From Candidatus Omnitrophota bacterium (lineage in GTDB: Bacteria > Omnitrophota > Gorgyraeia > Zapsychrales > Fredricksoniimonadaceae), in contig JAKFXC010000046.1 of the NCBI GenBank assembly GCA_021731625.1, positions 1-55,726 on the forward strand: a stretch of DNA of 55,726 nt. Direction: 5' to 3'. Positions 1 to 8,640 of the stretch are shown one piece after another; within the stretch, counting starts at the first letter, position 1; each line of letters starts with the position of its first letter. The notes beneath the pieces are model-generated. The model was not told the origin of the DNA and did no database searches. It was given only the letters and a program-made list of their open reading frames with translations. The position numbers and the translations under genes were made by a program.

Positions 1-52
1 CCGTAACCCAATTAAAATTGGGTTACGGTATGTGTCCCCCCTTTTCTTTTTT
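1..52 (+). terminator. Palindromic hairpin (family-A repeat, left arm cut by the window edge) plus T-run. Likely the intrinsic terminator of an off-window upstream gene.
   Basis: 1-13 ccgtaacccaatt pairs with 16-28 aattgggttacgg. The right arm continues to 41 (tatgtgtcccccc), implying a longer stem that starts off-window. It is followed by ttttctttttt (42-52). Confidence 0.55.
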
Positions 53-56
53 ATAT

Positions 57-70
57 TATATGGTATCCTT
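57..70 (+). promoter_or_regulatory. Conserved motif TATATGGTATCCTT upstream of P1, read as an extended -10 (TGg TATCCT, hexamer 64-69).
   Basis: The same 14-mer class lies 5' of all four paralogs (8621-8634, 20761-20774, 30405-30418). The -35 is poor here (cttttc 41-46). Confidence 0.45.
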
Positions 71-100
71 ATATTGAGTTTCCATGTACTTGGAAGAACT

Positions 101-2620
101 ATGCCCAAAAAAATTTCCCACAGTATTCTAGCGTTTATCTTTGTATTCTCATTAGAGGCGCCTGTTGCGCGGGCCACGCCGTTGCTGGGGCTTCCCGAGC
201 CCGGCAGCATGGTCTCTTTGAGTTCTGTCTACCAGCCGACCATTATTAAGGGTCTTACCATCGATGCGAACAACCCATTCTTGTTTGATTTCATTGTGGA
301 TGTCGGGCAAGACCATATCGCCGGGGAACCTTTAAAAGCAGAATCCGAAAAATTGATCAAATATTTCTTAGCGGCCCTTGCCATTCCTTCCAAAGACATT
401 TGGGTTAATCTTTCCCCCTATGAACAAGGCCGCACGGTCCCGCCGGCCCTGGCTCAAACCGATATGGGCCGTGATCTATTGGCCCAGGATTACATGCTCA
501 AGCAATTGACCGCATCGCTCATTTATCCAGAAAAGGCCATCGGCAAGAAATTTTGGGACGAGGTTTATGCGAAGGTGGGGGCACTGTATGGCTCCACCCA
601 GTTGCCGGTCAATACATTTAACAAAGTTTGGATCGTCCCGGACCGCGCGGAAGTTTTTGAACATAAGAATTCTGCCATTGTCACTGAGAGTCACTTAAAA
701 GTCATGCTGGAAGAAGATTATTTGGCGCTTCATAAGAACACAGCGGCGGGACTCTTACCGAACAAAGAAAGTCGGACCTCCCAAATCATCCGCGACGTGG
801 TCCTGCCGGAAATCGAGCAGGAAATCAATTCGGGTAAAAATTTTGCCCAGCTGCGCCAGATTGTCCACTCTATGATTTTGGCCAATTGGTATAAGAAAAG
901 ACTTAAGCAGGCCATACTCAATCAGGTTTATGCGGATCAAAGCAAAGTCAAAGGCATCGATGTGGCAGATCAAACTTTTGTGGAGAAAATTTTTGACCGG
1001 TATCTGCGCGCGTACAAAAAAGGAGTCTTCAATTACGTTAAGGAAGAACAAGGCGTTGGCGGGGGGAGGGTTCCTAAAAAATATTTTTCCGGCGGATTCA
1101 CCACAAGAGGTGGCCCGCTCGATACTGCTTTGGTATCCATCACGGACGATGTTGCTAAAGCCAGTAGGGCGATGATCGGTGCAGACAATCAGCAATTACG
1201 CATGGTCAATGCGGGATTTGAACAGGAGCCTCAAGAGACAACCCTCGATCAGGCCATGTCGGACAATGCAGATGACGAAAAGGATAAAGAAAACGGAAAA
1301 ACAACGCGCATCAATAATGGCACAACGGAAGCGACGAAGAGGAAAGGTCTGGGGGCATTATTACATTTACCTGTATGGGGGAATAAGGATTCACCGAAGA
1401 TCCCTGAGATAGTCAGTGAAAAAAAAGAAAACGTTCCACGCCCCCGGATTCACTATACCTATGAAGAGAGAGATGAGCATGGGAAAAAAAGGGTGGTAAC
1501 ACTGCGTGTGGAGCAGGAGGTTGGGAATATTAACGTCAATGGCCCGAAGGGTAGCTTTAGCATGGGAAAATCTAAGGGATTTAACTTAACTAATGTGATC
1601 GCTGGATCTGCTTTATTGTTTTCGTTGGGCACTGTGGTTTATCTGACATATCAACAATGGACTGAACTGACGTCTCAGTCTCAAAGCGGAGCCCAAGGAT
1701 TTATTCAGGCTGTGCCGGAGCCCTCCGGGAAAAATAGAACATATAAACTAGCTGAAGATTTGACCAAAGAAAGTGTGACGGCCTATATTGCAAGTGCCAA
1801 ATCTTTAAGTGAAGGAGATAAAGAGAGCCTGAAAAATTTAATTTTGTTTCCGGTCAACCCTAAAATGAGTGTCCCATCTCGTAGAGGGCAGCGTCCAGAT
1901 CTACCGATGAGCGGATGGCAGGACGCTTTAGATTTCTATTGGGCAGTGGTCGTTAGTGCAAATAATGGTTCAGAGGACGCTAAAGATCTGGCCGAGGATA
2001 TATTAGAAGGCTTAGCCGATCCCAAGCGTAAAGTTGATCCCCGATTTAAAAGGTTTTTCCGAGAAATGCGCAAGACGAGCACGCTTAAGTTAAAACGTGA
2101 TCGCGCAGCCATTGTCAAAGAAATTCTTACCAATGAATTTGGCGATCAAGCTAAGGCTATTTCGCTTCGAGACGCTGATCATGCCCTCGTGGCCAATATC
2201 CCATATTCACAAAAAGGGATTGAAATTCTTGAACAATTGAGGGTTGGGGATGATTTATATGCCTTCACGCCAAACCTAGACCCAGGCCAGATTATTGTAG
2301 AGTTCCGTATGTCGAAAATTGCAGCTTCGGTTGCGACCGTAGTTTTGGCGACTATGATAGACGCAAATAAACCGGCAGAAGTACGTAAAGACAACACCAC
2401 AGGCGGTATCGATTTACATAAGCTCGACACCGGTTTAAAGATGCGCAAAGACGGCCAAGGGGTACAGATGAGCATTGACCCGGCCATGTTGGAGCGCATC
2501 AAACGTGAAGGAATCAACAGTTTGACTCCGGTTATTTATCGCATCAGCCCCATTAGCAATATTTGGCCGGCGATCGGCATGGAACAGCCCCCGCAAAACG
2601 ATGTTCTCGCCGGGGTTTAG
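101..2620 (+). CDS. Paralog P1 of an unrecognised secreted protein family (constant N-domain, variable core with one TM-like segment, constant GGIDL C-tail).
   Basis: Track ORF 32-2620. The ATG at 101 follows GGAAGA (92-97) and gives the signal peptide MPKKISHSILAFIFVFSLEAPVARA|TP. The N-block LGLPEPGSMV..NPFLFDFIVD..WVNLSPYE..TDMGRDLLAQDY.LKQLTASLIYPE..NTFNKVWIVPD..KVMLEEDY..GKNFAQLRQI..QVYADQSKVKGID..YKKGVFNY..KYFSGG is collinear with P2-P4. The tail is GGIDLH..DPAMLERIKREGI..LTPVI. Confidence 0.9.
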   Translation: MPKKISHSILAFIFVFSLEAPVARATPLLGLPEPGSMVSLSSVYQPTIIKGLTIDANNPFLFDFIVDVGQDHIAGEPLKAESEKLIKYFLAALAIPSKDIWVNLSPYEQGRTVPPALAQTDMGRDLLAQDYMLKQLTASLIYPEKAIGKKFWDEVYAKVGALYGSTQLPVNTFNKVWIVPDRAEVFEHKNSAIVTESHLKVMLEEDYLALHKNTAAGLLPNKESRTSQIIRDVVLPEIEQEINSGKNFAQLRQIVHSMILANWYKKRLKQAILNQVYADQSKVKGIDVADQTFVEKIFDRYLRAYKKGVFNYVKEEQGVGGGRVPKKYFSGGFTTRGGPLDTALVSITDDVAKASRAMIGADNQQLRMVNAGFEQEPQETTLDQAMSDNADDEKDKENGKTTRINNGTTEATKRKGLGALLHLPVWGNKDSPKIPEIVSEKKENVPRPRIHYTYEERDEHGKKRVVTLRVEQEVGNINVNGPKGSFSMGKSKGFNLTNVIAGSALLFSLGTVVYLTYQQWTELTSQSQSGAQGFIQAVPEPSGKNRTYKLAEDLTKESVTAYIASAKSLSEGDKESLKNLILFPVNPKMSVPSRRGQRPDLPMSGWQDALDFYWAVVVSANNGSEDAKDLAEDILEGLADPKRKVDPRFKRFFREMRKTSTLKLKRDRAAIVKEILTNEFGDQAKAISLRDADHALVANIPYSQKGIEILEQLRVGDDLYAFTPNLDPGQIIVEFRMSKIAASVATVVLATMIDANKPAEVRKDNTTGGIDLHKLDTGLKMRKDGQGVQMSIDPAMLERIKREGINSLTPVIYRISPISNIWPAIGMEQPPQNDVLAGV

Positions 2621-2635
2621 CCCGATTGAAAATTC

Positions 2636-2664
2636 TTGACAACAGCGTTGGGCTTCACTATATT
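2636..2664 (+). promoter_or_regulatory. Sigma70-type promoter for glnN.
   Basis: TTGACA (2636-2641), a 17-nt spacer, then TATATT (2659-2664). A 15-nt block including the -35 (ttcttgacaacagcg, 2633-2647) is identical to the carA promoter at 33337-33351. Confidence 0.7.
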
Positions 2665-2690
2665 AGGGATATTATTTGAGGGCAAAGAAG

Positions 2691-2738
2691 TCCTCCTTGA
2701 AAACCAATGATGGTCGTTTCAAGGAGGATTTTTATTTT
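2691..2738 (+). promoter_or_regulatory. Terminator-like hairpin in the glnN 5' leader (candidate attenuator or riboregulator).
   Basis: A perfect 12-bp stem: tcctccttgaaa (2691-2702) pairs with tttcaaggagga (2717-2728) around a 14-nt loop. It is followed by tttttatttt (2729-2738). It lies about 25 nt after the predicted TSS and about 35 nt before the glnN ATG. The right arm is a perfect SD-like AAGGAGGA. Confidence 0.55.
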
Positions 2739-2771
2739 CAGTCACATCGACCATTCAATCTAGGGGGAAAT

Positions 2772-4916
2772 ATGGGTCACGCACGTGAGGAAGTCATCCA
2801 GGCTGCTTGCGCAGAAGAGAGCTGTTGCCAAGGCACATTCAGCGAGCATTTGCCTGAATACTTCGGTCAAAACGTATTCTCACTTAAAGCGATGCGCGAA
2901 TTCCTTTCGCCCAAAGCATATGCATCCATTGAAAAGACCATTAAAGAAGGCGGCAAATTAGAGACCGCCATTGCCGATGAAGTGGCCGAAGGCATGAAAA
3001 AATGGGCCATCTCAAAAGGTGCCACCCATTTTACCCATTGGTTCCAACCTATGACCGGGGTCACTGCGGAGAAACATGATTCTTTTATCAGCTGGGACGA
3101 TAAAGGCGGGATCATATTGAACTTTACCGGCAAAGAACTCATTCAAGGCGAACCGGATGCTTCGTCTTTCCCCTCCGGTGGCTTGCGTGCCACTTTTGAA
3201 GCCCGCGGGTATACCGGCTGGGACCCGACATCCCCGGCCTTTATTAAGGAAGGCCCGGAAGCAACCACCTTGTGCATCCCCACGTTTTATATTGGCTACC
3301 ACGGCGAGGCCTTGGACAAGAAAACCCCCTTGCTGCGCTCCATGACCGCATTGTCCAAGCAGGTTTGCCGGCTGGCAAATTTGTTCGGCATAGACACCAA
3401 GGGCAAACGCGCGTATTGCACCTTAGGTCCGGAGCAGGAATATTTTTTAATCGACAAGGAGCATTACCAGGCGCGTATGGACTTGGTGCAGACCGGCCGT
3501 ACACTATTTGGCTGCCCACCTGCCAAACATCAACAGCAAGAGGACCATTATTTCGGCGCCATTAAACCGCGCATCATGGCCTTTATGGAAAATTTGGACC
3601 GCACCCTCTGGGGCTTGGGTGTTCCGTCGAAGACCCGGCATAATGAAGTGGCCCCGGCGCAGTATGAAATTGCTCCTATTTACGAGGATTTGAATTTAGG
3701 GGTGGACCACAACATGATGGCCATGGAAATCATGCGCCAGACGGCTGATCGTTTGGGCCTGGTCTGCCTCTTGCATGAAAAGCCTTTTGCCGGCATCAAC
3801 GGTTCCGGCAAGCACAACAACTGGTCCATTGTCGGCCCCGACGGAAAAAATTGGCTTTACCCGGGCAAGACCCCGCATGAAAATGCCAAATTCTTGACTA
3901 CTTTGTGCGCCATTATCAAAGCGGTCGACACCTATGCCGATTTGCTGCGGGTGTCCGTGGCCACGGCAGGAAACGACCATCGTCTGGGCGCCAATGAAGC
4001 CCCGCCGGCCATCGTTTCCATTTTCTTAGGCGAGCAATTGTATGATATTGTCGAGCAAATTGAGAAGGGCGGCGCCAAAACGTCCAAGCAGGGCGGTGAG
4101 ATCAACGTTGGCGTTGATGCGCTCCCGTCGCTGGCCAAAGACACCACCGACCGCAACCGCACCTCGCCGTTTGCGTTTACCGGCGCCAAGTTTGAGTTTA
4201 GGGCGGTCGGTTCCAACATGAACCCGTCGGCCGCCAATCTGGTGCTCAACACCATCGTGGCCCAGGCCATCAGCGAAATCTGTAACCAGCTGGAAGCGGA
4301 CAAGAAGGCCGGCAAGAATTTTAACACCAGTCTGCAAGCAGTTTTGCAGGCCATCATCAAGAAACACAAGAGGGTTCTCTTTAACGGCGACAATTACACC
4401 GCCGCGTGGCACGCCGAAGCCAAGAAGCGCGGGCTTCCGAATTTAAAAACCACGCCGGAAGCACTGGAAACCTTAAAACTGAGGAAAAATATCGATGTTT
4501 TTTCCAAAAATGGGGTCTTAAGCGAGATAGAACTTGCTTCCCGGTATGAAATCAACAAACATGCCTACCACACCGTGGTGACACTGGAAGGCAATTGCGC
4601 CCTGACCATGGCCCGCACACAGTTTGTTCCAGCAGCCATTGCGTATCAAAAGGAGCTGGCGGAAAATTTAAAGACCATTGGTACTGCCGGCAAAACCACG
4701 GCGCAAAAGAAAATGCTTAAGGTGATCTCCAGCTTGATCGACGATGCTATCACCGAGGCGGACGGTTTGGAAGCCGCCCTCGGAAAACATGACGCGGCCA
4801 AGATCCTGGCCGCCATGACGAGCGTGCGCACTGCCGTTGACGAGCTGGAAGGATATGTTCCATCCGATTACTGGCCCGTACCCAGCTACGCAGAAATGCT
4901 GCTCATGAATGCTTAA
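2772..4916 (+). CDS. glnN: Glutamine synthetase, type III.
   Basis: The length (about 714 aa) and motifs are typical of GSIII (..HEKPFAGINGSGKHNNWS.., ..NDHRLGANEAPPAI.., ..NRTSPFAFTGAKFEFRAVGS..). The ATG at 2772 follows AGGGGGA (2762-2768). The track ORF start at 2676 is an upstream in-frame TTG inside the leader. Confidence 0.93.
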   Translation: MGHAREEVIQAACAEESCCQGTFSEHLPEYFGQNVFSLKAMREFLSPKAYASIEKTIKEGGKLETAIADEVAEGMKKWAISKGATHFTHWFQPMTGVTAEKHDSFISWDDKGGIILNFTGKELIQGEPDASSFPSGGLRATFEARGYTGWDPTSPAFIKEGPEATTLCIPTFYIGYHGEALDKKTPLLRSMTALSKQVCRLANLFGIDTKGKRAYCTLGPEQEYFLIDKEHYQARMDLVQTGRTLFGCPPAKHQQQEDHYFGAIKPRIMAFMENLDRTLWGLGVPSKTRHNEVAPAQYEIAPIYEDLNLGVDHNMMAMEIMRQTADRLGLVCLLHEKPFAGINGSGKHNNWSIVGPDGKNWLYPGKTPHENAKFLTTLCAIIKAVDTYADLLRVSVATAGNDHRLGANEAPPAIVSIFLGEQLYDIVEQIEKGGAKTSKQGGEINVGVDALPSLAKDTTDRNRTSPFAFTGAKFEFRAVGSNMNPSAANLVLNTIVAQAISEICNQLEADKKAGKNFNTSLQAVLQAIIKKHKRVLFNGDNYTAAWHAEAKKRGLPNLKTTPEALETLKLRKNIDVFSKNGVLSEIELASRYEINKHAYHTVVTLEGNCALTMARTQFVPAAIAYQKELAENLKTIGTAGKTTAQKKMLKVISSLIDDAITEADGLEAALGKHDAAKILAAMTSVRTAVDELEGYVPSDYWPVPSYAEMLLMNA

Positions 4917-4920
4917 ATTT

Positions 4921-4943
4921 GGGACACATACCGTAATCCAATT
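4921..4943 (+). repeat. Family-A repeat half-site (gggacacataccgtaatccaatt).
   Basis: It differs at one base from the arm of the hairpin at 16-41 (reverse complement) and from the copy at 54989-55013. Confidence 0.7.
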
Positions 4944-4960
4944 TACCCAGTAATGTAAAC

Positions 4961-4990
4961 AAAGGGCGGATGATCATTATCCGCCCTTTT
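4961..4990 (+). terminator. Intrinsic terminator after glnN.
   Basis: Stem gggcggat (4964-4971) pairs with atccgccc (4979-4986) around the loop gatcatt. A-tract before, tttt (4987-4990) after. Confidence 0.75.
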
Positions 4991-5001
4991 ATACAATGGC
5001 C

Positions 5002-5050
5002 TTGCGGGCAAGACCACCGCATGGTATATTATGTACATAAATATGTACAT
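5002..5050 (+). promoter_or_regulatory. Toxin-antitoxin promoter with a tandem palindromic operator.
   Basis: TTGCGG (5002-5007), 17 nt, then TATATT (5025-5030) with an extended TG (5022-5023). Two copies of the self-complementary 8-mer ATGTACAT (5031-5038, 5043-5050) are spaced by aaat, directly before the SD AGGAGGG (5051-5057). Confidence 0.6.
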
Positions 5051-5062
5051 AGGAGGGATGCC

Positions 5063-5320
5063 ATGACCACCACAGTAACAGCCACAAACGCGCGCAGTCG
5101 TTGGTTTACCATGCTTAAGACCTTAAAAAAATCGCACAGAATATACGAAATTACCTTCAAAGAAGGCAACGCTGTGCTTCTTTCTAAAGAAGATTATGAG
5201 GAACTTCTGGAGACTCTCGAGCTTTTATCAGTGCCAGGAATGGCCAAAAGCATTAAACAGGCGGACAAAGAAATCAAGCAAGGCAAGACTTATTCTATAG
5301 ATGAGGCGTTGGGTGATTAG
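5063..5320 (+). CDS. Type II antitoxin, Phd/YefM family.
   Basis: MTTTVTATNARSRWFTMLKTLKKSHRIYEITFKEGNAVLLSKEDYEELLETLELLS.. is typical of the Phd/YefM N-domain. A strong SD lies 5 nt upstream. The region is AT-rich relative to its flanks. Confidence 0.85.
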   Translation: MTTTVTATNARSRWFTMLKTLKKSHRIYEITFKEGNAVLLSKEDYEELLETLELLSVPGMAKSIKQADKEIKQGKTYSIDEALGD

Positions 5321-5579
5321 GTCAAGAAGTTTTGAGATACGATTCACAAAGAGGGCAATCAAAGATGTCAAACAATTGCCTCCAAAACTTAAGAAAAAAC
5401 TCCGCGATATTCTTGAACAAACCATTGCTATAAATCCATATGATGGAAAAAAATTAGTTGGGGAACTGTCAGGAAACTACTCTTACCGACTATCTTATAA
5501 AGATCGAATTCTTTATTCCATTGATGAGGAGCATCGGATCATTTATATTAAGCGGACCCGCACACACTATGGCGAGTGA
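5301..5579 (+). CDS. Type II toxin, RelE/ParE superfamily (YoeB/Txe-like C-terminus).
   Basis: It overlaps the antitoxin 3' end by 20 nt (an alternative GTG lies at 5313). ..LPPKLKKKLRDILEQ..NPYDGKKLVGELSGNYSYRLSYKDRILYSIDEEHRIIYIKRTRTHY fits the RelE-fold pattern. Confidence 0.8.
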   Translation: MRRWVIRSRSFEIRFTKRAIKDVKQLPPKLKKKLRDILEQTIAINPYDGKKLVGELSGNYSYRLSYKDRILYSIDEEHRIIYIKRTRTHYGE

Positions 5580-5588
5580 AACATAAGT

Positions 5589-6314
5589 ATGTTTTTGATC
5601 ATCAAACACATCGATATTGAAGGGCCCGGCACGCTGGGAGATTTTCTTAAGGAGCGCGGCGTTGAGTTTAAGGTGCTGGAGCTCGGTGCTGGCGAAGCAT
5701 TGCCAACCAATTTGAGTGGCATCGAGGCGGTCGTGGTCTTAGGCGGTCCCATGAACGTGGACGAGGAGGACAAATATCCTTTCTTGGCGGCCGAGAATGC
5801 CTTCATCCAGAGAGTGCTCAAGCAGGAGATTCCATTCTTAGGCATTTGTCTGGGCTCGCAACTGTTGGCTAAAGCCGCCGGGGCGAGCGTCGGCAAGTCC
5901 CCGGTCAAAGAAATCGGCTGGTATCATATAAAACTCACTGACCAGGGCAAGCACGATCCCTTCTTTAAAGGTTTTCAGCAAGGCGAACCCATTTACCATT
6001 GGCATGGTGACATGTTTGAGGTGCCGGCCGGCGCCCAACTTTTAGCCACCGCCTCCGGCTGCCCCCACCAAGCCATCAAAGTGGGCAAGAACGCCTACGG
6101 TCTGCAATTTCACGTCGAGGTGACCGACAAAAGCATCAAAGAGTGGTGCGATGAGTATATCGAGAAAGACATTCCCGGCCGCCGGGACCATGCCAAATCC
6201 ATGCTCGACGATTATTGGAAATACAAGTCCAGCTTTGAACGGCAAGCCCAAACCATTTATCAAAATTTTCTAGGTATCGTGCATAATGCTCAAAATCGCC
6301 TGCGCTCAAATTAA
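5589..6314 (+). CDS. Stand-alone class I (triad) glutamine amidotransferase domain protein.
   Basis: Nucleophile-elbow FLGICLGSQLL, then HWHGD and LQFHVE (His/Glu). About 240 aa with no fused synthase domain. Confidence 0.85.
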   Translation: MFLIIKHIDIEGPGTLGDFLKERGVEFKVLELGAGEALPTNLSGIEAVVVLGGPMNVDEEDKYPFLAAENAFIQRVLKQEIPFLGICLGSQLLAKAAGASVGKSPVKEIGWYHIKLTDQGKHDPFFKGFQQGEPIYHWHGDMFEVPAGAQLLATASGCPHQAIKVGKNAYGLQFHVEVTDKSIKEWCDEYIEKDIPGRRDHAKSMLDDYWKYKSSFERQAQTIYQNFLGIVHNAQNRLRSN

Positions 6315-7890
6315 CACCACCGTCGGGGACTTGGAAGGCAACAGCCAGAAGATTCTTGCTGCCGTGTCTGCGGCTGCCAAGCTGAAAGTGGATGCCGTGG
6401 TGTTTCCGGAATTGGCTGTTTGCGGGTACCCCCCGGAAGATCTGCTGCTTAAACCCCATTTTATTCAGAGCAATTTAAAGGCCTTGGATGCGCTGGCCAA
6501 AAAGGTGCATGGCTTAAGCACCATTGTGGGATTTGTGGACAGCGACGGGTCAGGAAAAATTTACAATGCTGCCGCCCATATTGCCAAAGGCAAAGTCCAG
6601 GATATTTATCACAAGCAAGAGCTGCCCAATTACGGGGTGTTCGATGAGAAGCGTTATTTTACGCCGGGCCGCAGCGATGGGTTGTTTCAAATTAGTGGCG
6701 TAAAAGTGGGGGTCAATATCTGCGAGGATATTTGGGTCGACGGTGCGGTCTACAGCCGCCAGGCCAAGGCCGGCGCCAAGGTCCTCATCAATATCTCTTC
6801 GTCTCCGTATGAAGAAGGCAAACTGCAGAGGCGCCAGGAACTCTTGATGCGGCGGGCCAAAGAATGCAAGACGACGCTCCTCTATGTCAATGCCGTCGGA
6901 GGCCAGGACGAATTGGTTTTCGACGGCGGGAGCATGGCCATTCTTCCAGACGGCAAAATCCTCGGGCGTGCCAAACAATTTGCCGAAGATCTTTTGGTGG
7001 TCGATTTGAGCAAGCCCGCGGGCAAGATTCCGGAGGCCATGGATGCGACCGAGGAGGTTTATCAGGCCCTGGTCTTAGGCGTGCGCGACTATGTCAATAA
7101 AAATGGTTTTTCCAAAGTGGCGCTGGGCTTAAGCGGGGGGATTGATTCTTCCCTGCTTGCCGTCATTGCCGTCGATGCTTTGGGCAAGGACAACGTGGTG
7201 GGCATTTCCATGCCCTCCCAGTTTAATTCCAAAGCCACCCGGGCAGACGCTGCGGCGGTGGCCAAGAATTTAAACATCGAGTTTTTGGAAATCCCTATCA
7301 AACGCATTTACGCACATTATTTGGCCGCTTTGGAGCCGTGGTTTGCCACCACCGCGCCCAACAGCGCCGAAGAAAATTTGCAGGCCCGCCTGCGCGGCGA
7401 TATCCTGATGGCTTTCTCTAATAAATTCGGCTGGCTGGTTTTGACCACCGGCAATAAAAGTGAAATGGCGGTGGGATATTGCACGCTCTACGGCGACATG
7501 TCCGGTGGCTTTGCGCCGCTTAAAGACATTTTCAAAACCAAGGTCTACGAGCTGGCCCGTTGGCGCAACTCCCAGACCCGGACACCGCCGGTGCCCAAAA
7601 GTGTTTTGCTGCGCAGCCCGTCGGCAGAATTGCGGCCGGACCAAACCGACGAGGAAAACTTAGGGCCCTACGAAGATTTGGACCAGGTGCTGTCTCAATA
7701 CATCGAAGGGCATCGCGCGCCCAGCGCCATTGCCGGTCCCAAGCTGTCTCTAAAGTATGTGCAGAAGACAGTCCAATTGGTCGACCGTAACGAATATAAG
7801 CGCCGCCAAGCCCCGCCAGGCATTAAAATCACCCCCCGCGCCTTCGGCAAAGATTGGCGTCTGCCCTTGACCAACAAATACAATGAATAA
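6286..7890 (+). CDS. nadE: Glutamine-dependent NAD+ synthetase (N-terminal CN-hydrolase glutaminase plus NAD synthase).
   Basis: MLKIACAQINTTVGDLEGN.., nitrilase-type ..NICEDIW.., and the ATP-PPase SGGIDSS motif (LGLSGGIDSSL). It overlaps the previous gene by 29 nt. Confidence 0.93.
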   Translation: MLKIACAQINTTVGDLEGNSQKILAAVSAAAKLKVDAVVFPELAVCGYPPEDLLLKPHFIQSNLKALDALAKKVHGLSTIVGFVDSDGSGKIYNAAAHIAKGKVQDIYHKQELPNYGVFDEKRYFTPGRSDGLFQISGVKVGVNICEDIWVDGAVYSRQAKAGAKVLINISSSPYEEGKLQRRQELLMRRAKECKTTLLYVNAVGGQDELVFDGGSMAILPDGKILGRAKQFAEDLLVVDLSKPAGKIPEAMDATEEVYQALVLGVRDYVNKNGFSKVALGLSGGIDSSLLAVIAVDALGKDNVVGISMPSQFNSKATRADAAAVAKNLNIEFLEIPIKRIYAHYLAALEPWFATTAPNSAEENLQARLRGDILMAFSNKFGWLVLTTGNKSEMAVGYCTLYGDMSGGFAPLKDIFKTKVYELARWRNSQTRTPPVPKSVLLRSPSAELRPDQTDEENLGPYEDLDQVLSQYIEGHRAPSAIAGPKLSLKYVQKTVQLVDRNEYKRRQAPPGIKITPRAFGKDWRLPLTNKYNE

Positions 7891-8608
7891 GACCCTCTCG
7901 GTCATCGTCCCGGCGTATAACGAGCAGCACACCGTCGGCCCTATTCTAGACAAAATCAAGGCCGTGGTCCTGCCCGACGGCATGTCCAAGGAAATCGTGG
8001 TGGTCAATGACGGGTCAACCGATAGGACCGTCGCCATTTTAAATCGCCGGGCCGGCGACCCGCTCATCAAGGTTTTTCACCAGGCCAATGCCGGCAAGAC
8101 CGCTGCCTTGCTGCACGGCCTCAAACAGGCCACCGGCGACATTTTTGTGGTGCAGGACGCTGATTTAGAATATGACCCCCAGCAGCTTCCGTTGCTGCTG
8201 GCGCCCATATTAAAAGGGGAGGCGCAAGTGGTTTACGGCTCCAGGTTCCTGGGGTCCATCCAAGAGATGAAACCAATCAACCGTTATGCCAATGTGATTT
8301 CTAACTGCACCTTGGGCCTGCTGTGGGGCCAGCGGCTTACGGACATTAATACATGTTATAAAATGTTTACCCGCGAAGCCGTGGCCGGCATCGACATCCA
8401 TTCCAGCCATTTTGGTTTTGATACGGAAGTGACAGTCAAATTCCTCAAAAAAGGCCTCCGCATTATAGAAATCCCCATCCGCTACAAAGCCCGCACCCGC
8501 CAGGAAGGCAAAAAGATGCGCTGGTCCACTGCCTTAAAGATGTACTGGCAGCTTATCCGCCACCGTTTTCCTCCTAATGACGCGAACGCGCAAAAGCCCC
8601 TGGCTTGA
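7883..8608 (+). CDS. Family 2 glycosyltransferase (Dpm1/DPG-synthase-like).
   Basis: SVIVPAYNE..VVVNDGSTDRT..VQDADLEYDP (DxD).. are typical of the GT2 fold. It overlaps the nadE stop by 8 nt. Its stop TGA lies inside the -35 of the P2 promoter. Confidence 0.85.
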   Translation: MNKTLSVIVPAYNEQHTVGPILDKIKAVVLPDGMSKEIVVVNDGSTDRTVAILNRRAGDPLIKVFHQANAGKTAALLHGLKQATGDIFVVQDADLEYDPQQLPLLLAPILKGEAQVVYGSRFLGSIQEMKPINRYANVISNCTLGLLWGQRLTDINTCYKMFTREAVAGIDIHSSHFGFDTEVTVKFLKKGLRIIEIPIRYKARTRQEGKKMRWSTALKMYWQLIRHRFPPNDANAQKPLA

Positions 8609-8633
8609 AATGTGTTATATTATATGGCATACT
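8605..8633 (+). promoter_or_regulatory. P2 promoter: TTGAAA-17-CATACT with an extended -10 TG. Predicts a leaderless mRNA.
   Basis: -35 TTGAAA (8605-8610), a 17-nt spacer, TG at 8625-8626, and hexamer CATACT (8628-8633). The ATG at 8641 is 8 nt past the hexamer end, with no room for an SD. Confidence 0.55.
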
Positions 8634-8640
8634 TTTCCGT

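Noticed and set aside
32-100. A conserved peptide 'ILYGIL' is translated in-frame upstream of the signal peptides of P1 (32-100), P2 (8605-8640) and P4 (30173-30424), suggesting longer N-termini.
   Set aside because: The conservation is at the DNA level (tatatggtatcctt). It is out of frame in P3. The in-frame coincidence follows from the fixed motif-to-ATG spacing. Extensions would bury otherwise canonical signal peptides.
2665-2771. A known glutamine riboswitch (glnA RNA motif) or T-box in the glnN leader.
   Set aside because: I could not recognise the conserved cores of either class by eye. Only a generic terminator hairpin is evident, and it is reported as an unclassified attenuator candidate.
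2676-2771. TTG 2676 as the glnN start (the track ORF of 746 aa).
   Set aside because: It would begin about 5 nt after the predicted TSS and translate through the leader hairpin. ATG 2772 has a good SD (AGGGGGA) and gives a typical GSIII length.
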